64,000 nt of DNA from Eledone cirrhosa (GCA_964016885.1 OZ024759.1:25668001-25732000); one strand, 5' to 3'. Positions 11,860-26,017 are shown, numbered from the stretch's first letter. The notes: generated by a model not told the origin, from the letters alone. Made by a program: numbers and translations.

Positions 11860-12335
11860 TTTTTAGAACAACGTTACTCGATAGGGAGTATAGCTCAGAG
11901 ATTAAGGAGTCGCTCCAGGTAGAGCCATAATTCATCATAGCTCGGAGATCGGGCAGTCATTCCAGGTAGCATAGCTCGGAGATTAGGGAGTCACTCCTGG
12001 TAGGGCCACAATTTGTCGCATGGCTCGGAGATTAGGGAGTCACTCCTGGTAGAGCAACTACATGTTGCATAACTTGGAGATCAGGGAGTCACTCTAGGTA
12101 GAGCCACTATTTGTCATAGCTCGGAGATTAGGGAGTCGCTCTAGGTTGAGCTATTATTTGTTGCATAACTCGGAGATCAGAGCGTCGCCCCCTGGTAGAG
12201 CCACTATTTGTCATAGCTTGGAGATTAGGGAGTCACTCCTGGTAGAGCAACTGCTCATCCAAATCAAGAGATCACAACACTGGGAACAGACATGAGTGTC
12301 AGAATGTCTAAGGAAAGAATCGTTTGACAGATTTT
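11860..12335 (+). mobile_element. RTE-clade LINE fragment expanded into a ~47-bp tandem array
   Basis: Repeated CTCGGAGATTAGGGAGTCRCTCCWGGTAGAGCCA (SEIRESLQVEP-like); homologous to 62890-63155. Confidence 0.7.
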
Positions 12336-13111
12336 AGATAATATATTTCAACAGTCTCTAATAATCCATTGTAAGTTTCTAACTTCTTGTAAATTCCCTT
12401 TCACCATTCCACGTTGTCTTTCATATCTTTCGTCTTCTATCTTTCATGAATTTTTAATTTAATTTACTAACTTATTAAGGGGCGTCAGATTAAAAAATGT
12501 TTGCGGTATTTGTTTCGGCCCGTTGTGATCTGAGTTCAAATCCTGCTGAGCTCAAATTTGCTCTTTTATTCTTTCGATGTTGATAAATAAAGAATCATCT
12601 AGAACGGGTCAATTCTTTCTTTCTTTCTTTCTTTCTTTCTTTGTCCATAGCTGGGGGAGGATGGGCACCGCTAGTTTTAAAAAGGCCAAGACATTGCCAT
12701 ACATGTGTCAGAATGGCGTCCATACGCCTTCAACAAGAGTTAAGGGACATAATGAAAACTGTATCTGTTTATCAAAATTGATATATCTCTTCATATCTGG
12801 TGTTTTTCTGAGATTCTTTCGTCGGATGGGATGGGCTGGGGGGAATTACCTGATATTTCGGCTAAATAAATCCTTTTGAAAATAAAACCTCTGCATACAG
12901 AAATAATTTCTTAAACAATGTTAGACCATATTTCATTTCAGTTAAGGGGACCACACAGGGTTTATAGACGGAGAAATACGCAGGGGGCCGGGCAGACATA
13001 TTTTTATTGTGTGTGTACATGTATGTGTGTATTTGATATGTCTGTAACTGTGCAAATCATTGTGTGTGTTTGTGTGTATGTATGTATGTATGCAAGTATG
13101 TGTATATGTAT

Positions 13112-13336
13112 ATATTAGTGGGTCTACAACAGCTATATTACGTGTATTTTGTGTGTGTGTATGTATATATATTAGTGTGTCTACAACAGCTACATTATGT
13201 GTATTGATGTGTGATTGTGTGTGTACATATATATTAGTGTGTCTATGACAGCTGTATTACGTGTATTGTGTGTGTATATATATATATATATATTAGTGTG
13301 TCTACGACAGCTATATTATGTGTATTGATGTGTGAT

Positions 13337-13369
<33 letters not shown>

Positions 13370-13401
13370 TAGTGTGTCTACGACAGCTATATTATGTGTA
13401 T

Positions 13402-13465
<64 letters not shown>

Positions 13466-13493
13466 TGTGTCTACGACAGCTGTATTATGTGTA

Positions 13494-13527
<34 letters not shown>

Positions 13528-13558
13528 TAGTGTGTCTACGACAGCTGTATTATGTGTA

Positions 13559-13592
<34 letters not shown>

Positions 13593-13705
13593 TAGTGTGT
13601 CTACGACAGCTGTATTACGTGTATTGTGTGTGATTGTGTGTGTGTGTGTGTATATATATATATTAATGTGTCTACGACAGCTGTATTACGTGTATTGTGT
13701 GTGAT

Positions 13706-13736
<31 letters not shown>

Positions 13737-13768
13737 TAATGTGTCTACGACAGCTGTATTACGTGTAT

Positions 13769-13801
<33 letters not shown>

Positions 13802-13845
13802 TAATGTGTCTACGACAGCTGTATTACGTGTTTTGTGTGTGTGAT
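13112..13845. repeat. Compound minisatellite: ~11 copies of a ~35-bp core separated by variable (TG)n(TA)n
   Basis: Core TATTAGTGTGTCTACGACAGCTGTATTAYGTGTATTG. Confidence 0.9.
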
Positions 13846-13999
13846 TAAAATAATATTAATATTAAAGATAATAATGATTTCTTTGTTTTTATATAAATAT
13901 TGAGTATTATGACAACAAGAACAGCAACAACAATTTTATTTTCTACAACATTAAGGTAGGGTGGGGTGGGGTTTACATAGAAATGAGAAAATGAGTAAC

Positions 14000-14700
14000 A
14001 AGTATACATAGTATAGGAGTTAGGTATACATAGTATAGGAATTAGGTATATATAGTATAGGAGTTAGTTATACATAGTATAGGGGTTTAGGTATATATAG
14101 TATAGGAGTTAGCTATATATAATATATATATATTAGGTATACATAATATATATGTTAGATATATATATAATATGTTAGGTATTTATAGTATATACATTAG
14201 GTATTTATAATATATATGTTAGGTATATATAGTATACATGTTAGGTATGCATAGTATACATGTTAGGTATACATAGTATACATGTTAGGTATATATAGTA
14301 TACATAATATATAGTATACATAATATATATGTTAGTATATATAGTATACATAATATATAGTATACATAATATATATGTTAGATATATATATATATGTTAG
14401 GTATTTATAGTATATACATAAGGTATTTATACTATATATGTTAGGTATATAAAATATATATGTTAGGTATATATAGTATACATGTTCGGTATACATAGAA
14501 TACATGTTAAGTATACATAGTATACATGTTAGGTATATATAGTATACATGTTAGGTATATATAGTATACATGTTAGGTATACATAATATAGGAGTTAGGT
14601 ATATATAGTATAGGAGTTAGGTATATATAGTATAGGAGTTAGGTATATATAATATAGGAGTTAGGTATGCATAGTATAGGAGTTAGCTATATATAGTATG
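14000..14700. repeat. ~21-22-bp minisatellite TTAGGTATAYATAGTATA(GGAG/CATG)
   Basis: Direct reading of the sequence. Confidence 0.9.
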
Positions 14701-15444
14701 CAATTATATAAGGCTGTATGCAGTGGCGGACTGGCCAGGTTGCAAGGTTGCCCAATGGCAAGTGGGCCCCAGGTGGCCCACGATAACATTGCAAGAGCCC
14801 ACAGTAGCATTGCAAGAGCCCACAGTAGCATTGCAAGAGCCCACAGTAGCATTGCAGGGCAACTGTAGTATTTTAGGGGCCAGTGCTTTGCTTTAAAAAA
14901 AATACCTGAAATCCAAGAGAAAGAATAAAATAAAAAAAAAGAATAAATAAAACAATTAAGCAAAGCATTTGGTCAAAAAGTTCCCCAGCGAATTACTAGA
15001 AACCAAAATATACGATAGGGCAAATAGCTGGAATCAGCGGTTGTACATTCTACTAAATCTAAAGCTTAGTGTATTCATTCATGCATGCAGACATACATAT
15101 ATAGACAGACACACAAGCATATGTATATATTTATATTTATACACTTACACACGAACTACTGACCAAATAATATTTGGTATCAATGGGTTAAAGACATCTG
15201 AGAGAGAGAGAGAGGGAGGGGGAGAAATGAGGTGCAACAGAAATGAAACATGAATTACTGGTTAAAATATAGTCGAGATAGATATGAAACAAAACGAGGA
15301 TGTAGTTTATAGAACACCCAAATGATTTAGAAGTCGACCTTAAGTAGGAGCAATAACATTAAGAAAGACATGAACGACACCAGAACACTTTTTGAAAGTA
15401 GGTTTATAAGTATGAATTTTCATAAGGTTTTCGTAGTTGTCACT

Positions 15445-15642
15445 GTGGCCTACCGGTAGATAATAGATACGGTGGAGATCCCTGGGTTCAATCCTGGTCA
15501 AGAGGTACATGTAACCTTTTTCAGTTTTTATTTTACAATCAATAGAAAAAACTGAAAAGGTTTACCGGGAACCCTACTCCCGACCAGGATCGAACTTCAG
15601 ACCAGGATCACCACCGTCTATGATTCCTCCAACTAGGCTACC
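15445..15642. repeat. Inverted pair of tRNA-like heads, each followed by a T-run
   Basis: GTGGCCTACCGG..GGTTCAATCCTGGTC on + and GGTAGCCTAGTTGG..GTTCGATCCTGGTC on -; CCTTTTTCAGTTTTT / AAAAAACTGAAAAGG. Confidence 0.6.
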
Positions 15643-15741
15643 GAGACAGCTACAAAAGCTGTAATGAAAATTGATAATTATAAACTTACTTTCAAAATCA
15701 AAGTTAACAATCAAAGTTCTGGTCATTATTGAAAGTCTCTG

Positions 15742-15833
15742 GTTAACTTTGCCTTTCATCCTTACGGGGTCGATAAAATAAAGTACCAGTAATACACTGA
15801 GTAATTGCTGGCCTTGTGCCTAACGTAGAAACA
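15742..15833 (+). mobile_element. 5'-truncated SINE family A with 17-bp TSD
   Basis: ATTATTGAAAGTCTCTG at 15725-15741 and 15834-15850. Confidence 0.9.
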
Positions 15834-16283
15834 ATTATTGAAAGTCTCTGTATTTCGCAAAATACATAATATTTTTTGTAAGAGAAGGTAAGATATTTCT
15901 CCGCAAAAATTTGATTGCACTGTTTTGTTTCCACTTATGTATTTTTCGAAAATGTTATTTATTCATTATAAAAAAATAAATGATAGCACTCTATATGTAG
16001 GTGGGCTCCCATCATCTCCTGGCAACCAATATTTTTAGACCCAGTCCGCCACTGGCTGTATGTCCTTCGGGTACAGAGAGATGACTACCTAAAGCCAATT
16101 GAGGAAACCCACAGATCCACAATCACCCTCATTTATACAAAAATCGAGTAAAATATAGGAAAACAATAACGATAAACAAGAAAAATACAACAATGAAAAT
16201 TCCCCAATAGGGGGGATAACCACCCAGGGTTGACTCAGATACCCCACCAATCTTGAAACACCCGACGCTTTGGGGGCACACGG

Positions 16284-16648
16284 AACAAGGCCAGCAATTT
16301 GGGGAGAGGGAAAAGTCGATTAAATCGACCCCAGTGCGTTACTGGTACTTTATTTTATCGATCCTGTAAGGATGAAAGGCAAATCTAACCTCGATGGGAT
16401 TTGAACTCAGAACATAGGGAGCTGTGACTACATATCGCAAAATATTTTGTCCGACGCTCTACCGATACTGCCAATAATGGTTTCTAATTTAGATAAGAAT
16501 CCAGTAGTTTTATTTTTTTTTTGTTTTAGGGGGAGGTGTAAGTCAATTAAATCCACCCCCTAGTATTTTACTGGTACTTGGTTTTATTGACCCCGGAAGG
16601 ATAAAAGGCAAAGTTGACCTCGGCGGGTTTTGAACTTTGCCTTTCATC
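16284..16648 (-). mobile_element. Two tandem SINE family A copies
   Basis: CTGGTACTT..GGATGAAAGGCAAA..GATTTGAACTC motif twice. Further copies at ~34178-34530, 46118-46280, 51015-51193 (-) and 55430-55565, 59518-59700 (+). Confidence 0.8.
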
Positions 16649-17190
16649 ATTCAACAACAACAACAATAAACAATAAAGGAAAGAGGAAACAGCAATAATA
16701 TTATATCTACCACCACCACTACTACTACTACCACCACTACTGCTACTACTACAACAGCTACTGTTGCTGCTACCATTACTAAAACTACCTCCACCACCAC
16801 TATCACTATTATTATTAGTAATAGTGGTGACAACGATGATGGTGGTTGTGATGATGGTGATAATTATGGTAGTGGAGGTGGTGGTGATGAAAATGGTGGT
16901 TGTGACGATGGTGGTGATGGTGATAATGGTGGTTGTGATGATAGTGCTGATAATGGTAATGGTGGTGGTGAATATGGTGATAATGGCGTAGGTGGTGATG
17001 ATGATGATGGCAATTCTGATGATGATGATGATGGTAACAACAGCAATGACAATAAAAAAATTAAACGCCTGAAATTTGAATCATCTGAGAAAGTTATGGA
17101 AGTTTCTGCAATTTCAATTATACACACATACAGAAATATATATAAATATATATAAATATGCATATATACTTATATACATATCTATATATA

Positions 17191-17221
<31 letters not shown>

Positions 17222-17333
17222 TTGTGTGTGTGTGTATATATATATATAAATGATATATTTAGATAGATATCTATATATCTATCTGTAAATATAAATATAT
17301 ATCAATGTATATATCTTTAAATACATCTCACTG

Positions 17334-17375
<42 letters not shown>

Positions 17376-17626
17376 TGTGTAAAGTGAAATACTTAACAAT
17401 AATATTTGTGTAAACAATATTGAAAAAAGTTAATATGACTATATACTCATGTGGACATCAATGTGTTATGTGAATATATATATATATATATATTGTTATT
17501 ATATATATATATATATTGTTATTATATATATATATATATATTGTTATTATATATATATATATATATATGAAAATGTATATTTCTGCGGTCTTTTATTGAA
17601 CTTTTGTTCTTATCTACTCACGCAAA

Positions 17627-17830
17627 CATGTATGTATGTATGTATGTATGTATGTATGTATGTATGTATGTATGTATGTATGTATGTATGTATGTATGTA
17701 TGTATGTATGTATGTATGTATGTATGTATGTATGTATGTATGTATGTATGTATGTATGTATGTATGTATGTATGTATGTATGTATGTATGTATGTATGTA
17801 TGTATGTATGTATGTATGTATGTATGTATG
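17627..17830. repeat. (ATGT)n microsatellite, ~50 units
   Basis: Direct reading of the sequence. Confidence 0.98.
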
Positions 17831-18023
17831 TGTGTGTGTCTGCATATATATATATATGCATATATATGTGTATATATGCATATATTTGTGTATGTATGTG
17901 TGTACATATTTGTGTTTTCCTCTGTGTCTATTTATGTAACATCTGTCGGATTTTATATCAGCACGGGTGGTCTTACTTAGTGACGGAATTAACTGCTTAT
18001 GTTATCTGGGTGTGTATGTGTAT

Positions 18024-18089
<66 letters not shown>

Positions 18090-18193
18090 ATATATATGTG
18101 TGTATATATATGTGTATATGTGTATATATATGGGTGTGTGTATATATATGTGTGCGCATATATAATGTATATATATATATGTGTGTGTGTGTG

Positions 18194-18249
<56 letters not shown>

Positions 18250-18305
18250 AGAGAGAGTGTGTGAATATATATGTATATATATCTATATATCTATATATAC
18301 TTATA

Positions 18306-18383
18306 CAGGGTGTCCCCCAAAAATATATACACACTTCAACAGCATTCTAATCAAAGTATGTATACATTTTTGAGGGTATCCTG
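18306..18383. mobile_element. Tc1/mariner-type mini-MITE, family F (other copies 24273-24348, ~27056-27158, 33304-33381, ~40915-40998)
   Basis: TA|CAGGGTGTCCC..AAAATRTATAC ... GTATACATTTT..GGGACACCCTG|TA consensus TIRs within (TA)n. Confidence 0.8.
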
Positions 18384-18414
<31 letters not shown>

Positions 18415-19909
18415 TGTATGTATATGTGTGTATATATATATCGAGAGATGCAGTTTATTGTGTATTCTCATGGATATATGATTTTGTCTTTCGCACTATA
18501 TATACATATATCTTTTTGAATTATTATAGCTCTGGACAAATGTCCATTGAGCTTGTTTTATTGAGAAGCACAAAAATCAAACATATTTGATATGTTTTGA
18601 TACCTCACATTTGTATATAACAACTCAAAATCACTCATTCTGTAGAGCTGCTGTGACTAAAATTTCCGCACCTTTTTCTAGAGGAGTTAATGTCCAGTTT
18701 TGTTTATCTCTCTCACCTCGGGTTAAATGTCACTACACCATGCTGGTTTTAGCTTGGTGTTAGTTCGTAGAATTTCCTTATGGATATAAACAGTATTATA
18801 TACTATACTGCAACTGTATTTTTTATTTTATATTATACAATTGACGATTTCCCTATGATGATTGTCTTGCGACTCCCATAACGTAACCAAAATCGATAGT
18901 TTGTAATCGATGATCGATTACATAGATCGATTTTAAGGTACGGGTTTACAAAGCATGAAATAGCGCTATAAGGAATTTTATTATTTCCATCCCATATATA
19001 TATATATATATATAGTGTGTATATAATATACACACATATATTGATGTATGCAAAAGTGAGTGTTTAACATAAATGTTGTTAGCGGTGGTGATGGTGGTGG
19101 TGGGGCTTGCGGAGGTGGATATGTCGTTATTTGTATTGTTGTTGTTTTTGTGATTATTGTTGTTGCTGTCGTTGGTTTTGTTGTTATTGTTGTTGTCGTT
19201 GCTTTTGTAGAAGTAGTAGTAGTAGTTGTTGTTGTTGTTGTTACCATTGTTGTTATTGTTGTTGGTAGTGTTGTCATTATTGTTGTTGTTGTTAGCAGTC
19301 TCCTCTGCAAGAGCTGACCATTATCTCACAAAGTTGGTCTTAATAACAGTTCACCTAAGTCGAAAATACAGCCTCCCTTTAGTTAAGTCGAGAGAGTAGG
19401 AAGAGGTGGGGGGGTGGGGGTGTTGTTGGTTGGTATGGTGGAGGGGAGGATGGAAGGGTGGAGGGAGGGGGGAAGGAAGGTAGGAAGAAATGGGGACAAA
19501 TCTCTTACGGAAAGATCAATTGATACACAAACACACACACATATATATGCACATACGCACTGACAGATATATAGATAGACAGACAGATAAATACATAGAT
19601 AGATAAATATATTGAGAGAGAGAGACAGATAGATAGATAGGCAGGCAGGCAGATAGATAGATAGACAGATAGATAGATATATTTATAGATAGATAGGTAG
19701 ATAGATAGAAAGTTAGATAGATCGGTAGACAGACAGGTAGATAAATAGATAGAAGAATAGATAAATAAATAGATAGTTAAATAGAAGTGTAGATGGATAG
19801 ATAGTAAAGCAGAAAAGAAATAGACTCACTGACGAAGAAGTCGGCGAAGATGAAAGAAGAAAGGAATAAAGAACAATATAAACACAAAAAATGTGTGTGT
19901 ATGTATGCA

Positions 19910-19962
<53 letters not shown>

Positions 19963-20572
19963 ATGATGAGTATTTGTGTGTGTGAAGTGGAGAGTAATGG
20001 CGGATAAAGACAAGATAGGAGAGGAAAGAAAGAAAGAAAGTAAGTAAAAGAAATAAAGAAAAAGGAGCGGAGTGCAAGAATAAGAAAATGGCTAAGAGAT
20101 AAGGCGAAAAGCTATTTCGGTAAAGGCCAGAATCGAGCAGAAGATTTGCTCGGAATCTCGTTAATGGCGCAGAATTTTGATCTGTTGAAGCTACTTTGGT
20201 AAATTGAAGTACGTACGGCCTGACCGTCAACTTACATGTCTTAACGTACATCTTGCTTAACGCAGACGACCAACATAAAGAGAAGCAGACGACCGATAGA
20301 GATATAGATAGAGGGATAATGGGAGAGTTAGTTAGATAGATAGAGCGATGGATAATGAGATAGATAGATAGAGCAAGGAATAGCGGAATATATAGATTGA
20401 TAGAGTGAGGAATAATGGGAGAGCTAGAGAGATAGATAGAGGGACAATGAGATAGACAGGCAGACAGAGAAATAGATAGATAGATAAATAGATAGTCAGA
20501 TAGATAATGGGATAGATAGATGGCCAGATAAATGGATAAATAGATAAATAGACAGATATATAGATAGATAGA

Positions 20573-21098
20573 TTTCTTTAATTGCCACAAGGGCGCACAA
20601 GAAAATGGGACAATACAAAGATATGCCGGGGATTTTACATACAGTCGTGTAAAAAATATAAAAACAAACAATTACAACAATCGAAATCCCCAATAGGGGG
20701 GTAGCGCCACAAATGGGTTGTTTAATACTCCGTCGATAGAACAACCCTCAACTCCAGGAGCGTGTTGTGCAAGTGCTCCTTTCTTCCTTTAGCTCTCTTC
20801 TTCAACCTCTCTTCTTCAACAGAGAAGGCCCAATCTCGGGCCATTTTCGCTTCATTCACCCACCTTTCAGTAAATTTACTGGGGTGCAGTGCCTCTCTCT
20901 CCACTCTGATTCTCCTTCTAAAGTGATACTTAAAGAAGGGAATCAATTGTTGTCCGGAGAGAAAGGCATCTGTCCTTAGTCCTCTCAACCTCGTCCACCA
21001 TATAACTTCTTTCACTATAGCCACCGTACAGAGGAAAACCGCCTCTCTTTCGTTTTTGAAAGAGGCTGGCAGTTTGATCCTTACTATGGACTCGGCAG
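20573..21098 (-). mobile_element. 5'-truncated Tx1-family copy (ORF2 C-terminus plus 3' UTR) in (TAGA)n
   Basis: ESIVRIKLP..EAVFLCTVAIVKEVIWWTRL..FLSGQQL matches the C-terminus of ORF 192-3077; 3' end GCCCTTGTGGCAATTAAAGAAA. Confidence 0.92.
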
Positions 21099-21239
21099 AT
21101 ATATAGATAGATGGATAGTTAGAGCGACGGATAACGGGATAGATAGATATATAGACAGAGACAGACAGATGCATAGATAGATAGATAGGTAGACAAGGTT
21201 AAATAGATAAAACGTGTATCTGTTCGCTCCTTATTCGAA

Positions 21240-21277
21240 CTTTCCCGAAGAAGAACTTCTGTCCGAAACGTCGAAAG
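21240..21277 (+). ncRNA. Minimal type I hammerhead-like motif (U4>C)
   Basis: CTTTC-CCGAAGA-A-GAAC-TTCT-GTCC-GAAA-CG-TC-GAAAG. Confidence 0.55.
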
Positions 21278-21328
21278 CTCCTCCACTTTCACTGTGTAAA
21301 AATTGTTTCCTGTGTTTGTTTCATTTAT

Positions 21329-21404
<76 letters not shown>

Positions 21405-22224
21405 ACTATATATATATATATAAATACACATACATATATATATATATACACACACACACATAAATATATACACATATGCACACACACAAGTATACATGTA
21501 TGTATGCATATATGTACGTATGTATGTATGAATGTTTGTGTGTATGAATGTATGTATATGTATGAATGTGTGCATGCATATATGTATGAGTGTACGTCTG
21601 TATGTGTGTATATGTATGTATGTGTGCATGCATGTATGTATATATCAATGTATGTATATATATATGTGTATGAATGTATGAATGTATGTGCTCTAGGCTG
21701 TGTTGTTACGGTGTGAAGACAAGACCAGAACTATATCCACTAATGAATACAGGACGTTCTCTGTTACAATTAACATTTTTGTAGTGTTTAACAACGTGTT
21801 CTTTTATTACTCGCCATTCTAATATTCCTATATTCTACACAGTTTTGGTGTTGTCTTTCTCTTCAAGAATTCCTCCACTTAACTCTGTCACACCCCCGTC
21901 CACTCCACCTCCTTACAGTTTTACTACCGACGGTAATTACATATATGTTAGAAGGGGTTGGGGTGGTGTTTAGTAGCAGAGGGAGGGGATGAGTGTGTGT
22001 GGATGTGCACGCGCATATGTGTATGTGTGTATGTGCATGTATGTGTAGTATGTATGTATGTATAACCATAGAATTCTATTAGTTGAAACTAATGTGAAAC
22101 CGAGACTTAAACAGAAGCAATGGCGTAAGTTAGAAAGTGATAATGTAGAAGAGGATTGGGGTATATATATAAATATATATATATATATACACACATTATA
22201 TGTGTGTACATGTTTATATGTACG

Positions 22225-22277
<53 letters not shown>

Positions 22278-22327
22278 ATATATATATATTTATATATATA
22301 TATTTGTATATATATTTATATATATAT

Positions 22328-22522
22328 AACGAAGGAAATGTGGTAAGGAACCAGATGGACCATAACGCACCAAAGTACTCAATACTTAGGGTAGTAGAGT
22401 GGGTAATAGGAACGAGTAGGACTCTGACGGCTGAGCTCAAGCCGTTTCGACGGCTAATTCTGGACTAGTCCAGAATTAGCTGTCGAAACGGCTTGAGCTC
22501 AGCCGTCGGGGTCCTACTCGTT

Positions 22523-22525
<3 letters not shown>
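22328..22525 (-). mobile_element. Family C fold-back element, full length
   Basis: Tail plus arms AGGAACGAGTAGGAC.../...GTCCTACTCGTTCCT around ACTAGT. Confidence 0.88.
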
Positions 22526-22563
<38 letters not shown>

Positions 22564-22694
22564 TCAGGTTTGAGGTTCACCACTGGATAGAGCTGGTCAA
22601 TTCCGTATGGTCAATCTTGATGTAATAATATGGAGAGTACTCAACGTAAAGCAGTTCAACTGTCATTTTATTATAATATATATATATGTATATA

Positions 22695-22769
<75 letters not shown>

Positions 22770-23087
22770 TATTCCATTTGGTTGGATTGGAGCTGATAAC
22801 GTTGTTAGAACTCAATGTGTCTTTGGAAAGATGGTTGCAGTGAGATTAGGATGTGTAACCAGTAGTTTTTGTGGTAGGTGATCGCCGCTCAAAGTATCCT
22901 CGGAGAAGATCCGTCCAGGTTACACACCCATAGACATTTATGTATTTGTGTATAGAACAAGGAAAAAAAAAGACAGAAGTCAGACGTAGATTGTTAGATA
23001 GTTTCATTGTTTTACAACCGTTCCTGATTACTACCATCAACACTCTCCCCACACTCTCTCACTCTCTCCGTGTATGTATATATATAC

Positions 23088-23492
23088 ATGTAGTGGAGTC
23101 TGTGCTGCTGTACGGGTCTGAGACTTGGACACTGACCAAAAACTCACTCAGATGGTGGATGGGTGCTACACGAGAATGCTGAGGATGGCTCTGAACATTA
23201 ATCAGTATACACTGAGGATGAAAAACTCAGAGCTGTATGGGAGCCTCCCAAAAGTCAGCTCAAAAGTGACACAGAGGAGACTGAGGTTAGCTGGACATGC
23301 TCACCGACATCCAGAGTTGATATTGCATTCAGTGCACCTGTGGGAGCCCCTACATGGACACACTGGAAGAGGAAGACCAAGGTTAACGTATGTTGATGCC
23401 CTAAGGACAAACACTGGTCTGTTGGAGACGCAGGGCATGGCAGCGATAATGAGGGACAGAGACCGCTGGAGAGAACTCGTCCATGGATCTAG
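23088..23492 (+). mobile_element. RTE-clade LINE 3' fragment (frameshifted)
   Basis: VESVLLYGSETWTLT / DGCYTRMLRMALNI..RRLRLAGH..GRPRLTYVD..DRDRWRELV. Confidence 0.9.
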
Positions 23493-23529
23493 AGATATCT
23501 ATATATATATATATTTATTTAAATTTTTA

Positions 23530-23582
23530 GAAATAGCCGTCGAAACGGCTTGAGCTCTGCCGTCGGGGTCATACATTTTCCT
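23530..23582. mobile_element. Family C single arm
   Basis: TAGCCGTCGAAACGGCTTGAGCTCTGCCGTCGGGGTC. Confidence 0.75.
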
Positions 23583-23644
23583 ATATATTTGTATATAGAT
23601 AAATAAATACTCCCTAGGTATATATATATATATATGTGTGTGTG

Positions 23645-23705
<61 letters not shown>

Positions 23706-23774
23706 GTATATATATATATAAATAAATAAATACTCCCTAGGTATATATATATATATATATATGTATATGTGTGA

Positions 23775-23806
<32 letters not shown>

Positions 23807-24219
23807 ATAAATAAATACTCCCTAGGTATATATATATATATATATATATGCTGACGTCAGTTCAATCGTCAGTTCTACTCTATCTATCTATCTATTTTTC
23901 TGTCTATCTATCACTTTATATGTGACTGATGACGATCCTTCATTTTATGACACCTGACATTTATCTCCCCCACCCCCTCTTATCTGACACGCCGTCTTGG
24001 GAAACCTTCCCTTCACCCTCCTTCTTTCTCCTCTCCCCTTCTATCTCCCCCCTCTCTTACTAGTACATCCCAACAGTCTCTACGTAACTAAGTACTCCCC
24101 AGTTTCATTGATACTCTATCATTCAACAAATACAATATATGTTATGTATATATGTGTATCTACCTATCTATCTATCTAGATTTACATATACAAAATTGCC
24201 TATATTTATCCCCCCCCCC

Positions 24220-24259
<40 letters not shown>

Positions 24260-24439
24260 GCATACATATATACAGGGTGTCCCAAGAATGTATACACATT
24301 TTTATTAGAATGCTGTTGAAATTTGTATACGTCTTTGGAGACACCCTATATATATATATAGATATAGATATATATAACCATAATACATATCTACATATAT
24401 TATTATATATATATATAACTACATTATACATATCTACAC

Positions 24440-24615
24440 ACACACACACATATATATATATATTATATATATATTATATATATATATATTATCATATATA
24501 TATGTATTATATATATATTATATATAGATATATTATACATATGTATATATATCTATTATATATATATATATATGTATATATTATATATATGTATATATAT
24601 TATATATATATCATA

Positions 24616-24654
<39 letters not shown>

Positions 24655-24898
24655 ATATATATATCTTATATATACATATTATATATATATTATATATATA
24701 TATTATGTATATATATATATTATGTATATATATATAATATATATATACATAATATATATACATAATAAATATATATATATATATATATATATATTATGTA
24801 TATATATATATTATATATATATATATTATATATTTGTTTCTATATATTATGTATATATATATATTATATATATATTATGTATATATATATATATTATG

Positions 24899-24955
<57 letters not shown>

Positions 24956-25460
24956 ATTATGTATATATATATTATATATTTGTATATATATATTATGTAT
25001 ATATATATATTATATATATATTATGTATATATATATATATTATGTATATATATATATATTATGTATATATATATATATTATATATATATATTATGTATAT
25101 ATATATATATATATATTATGTATATATATATATTATGATATATATATATATATTATGATATATATATATATATTATGATATATATATATATATTATGTAT
25201 ATATATATATATTATATATATATATACTATGTATATATGTATTATATATACATATTATATATATATAGTAATAATAATAAATTTGAAGACGAAAATCCAA
25301 AGAGGGCTCGATAAGCAACGATTCTTTGCTTAAACTTTAATCTGTTATTTTAATAAATATATATATATATATATTATATGTATATATAAATATATATATA
25401 TTATATTATATATATATATATTATATATATATTATATGTATATATATATATATGTATATA

Positions 25461-25504
<44 letters not shown>

Positions 25505-25634
25505 TTGTTAATATAAATATAGTTTCCATTTGTTAATATATTGTATATTTACTCCAATAATTTGTTGAGTGCTTTATATCAGTTATAAAAATATTTTGCT
25601 TGTTGTATCCCAACAAATTAAATATATCCTCTAC

Positions 25635-25721
<87 letters not shown>

Positions 25722-25850
25722 TATGTAGATATATATGTATATATATATATTATATATATATGTATTATATATGTATATGTATATATATATATGTATATAT
25801 ATTATATATATATGTATATATATGTATATATATATGTATATATATATATG

Positions 25851-25881
<31 letters not shown>

Positions 25882-25916
25882 GTATATGTATATATATATA
25901 TATGTATATGTATATG

Positions 25917-25965
<49 letters not shown>

Positions 25966-25972
25966 GTATATG

Positions 25973-26017
<45 letters not shown>

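Larger units (their letters stand above)
14721..16054. mobile_element. Non-autonomous hAT-type DNA transposon with nested inserts
   Basis: Perfect 14-bp TIR CAGTGGCGGACTGG; 8-bp TSD GCTGTATG (14713-14720 and 16055-16062); subterminal 21-bp tandem repeats at ~14780-14856. Confidence 0.9.

Noticed and set aside
13112-13845. CRISPR-like repeat/spacer pattern
   Set aside because: Spacers are microsatellites, there are no cas genes, and the context is eukaryotic.
14000-14700. TTAGG as telomeric repeat
   Set aside because: TTAGG is only part of a ~22-bp unit, not tandem TTAGG or TTAGGG.
20164-20204. ATGGCGCAG..TTG|GTAAAT as a first coding exon (MAQNFDLLKLL)
   Set aside because: Too short and unrecognisable, with no supporting downstream exon.
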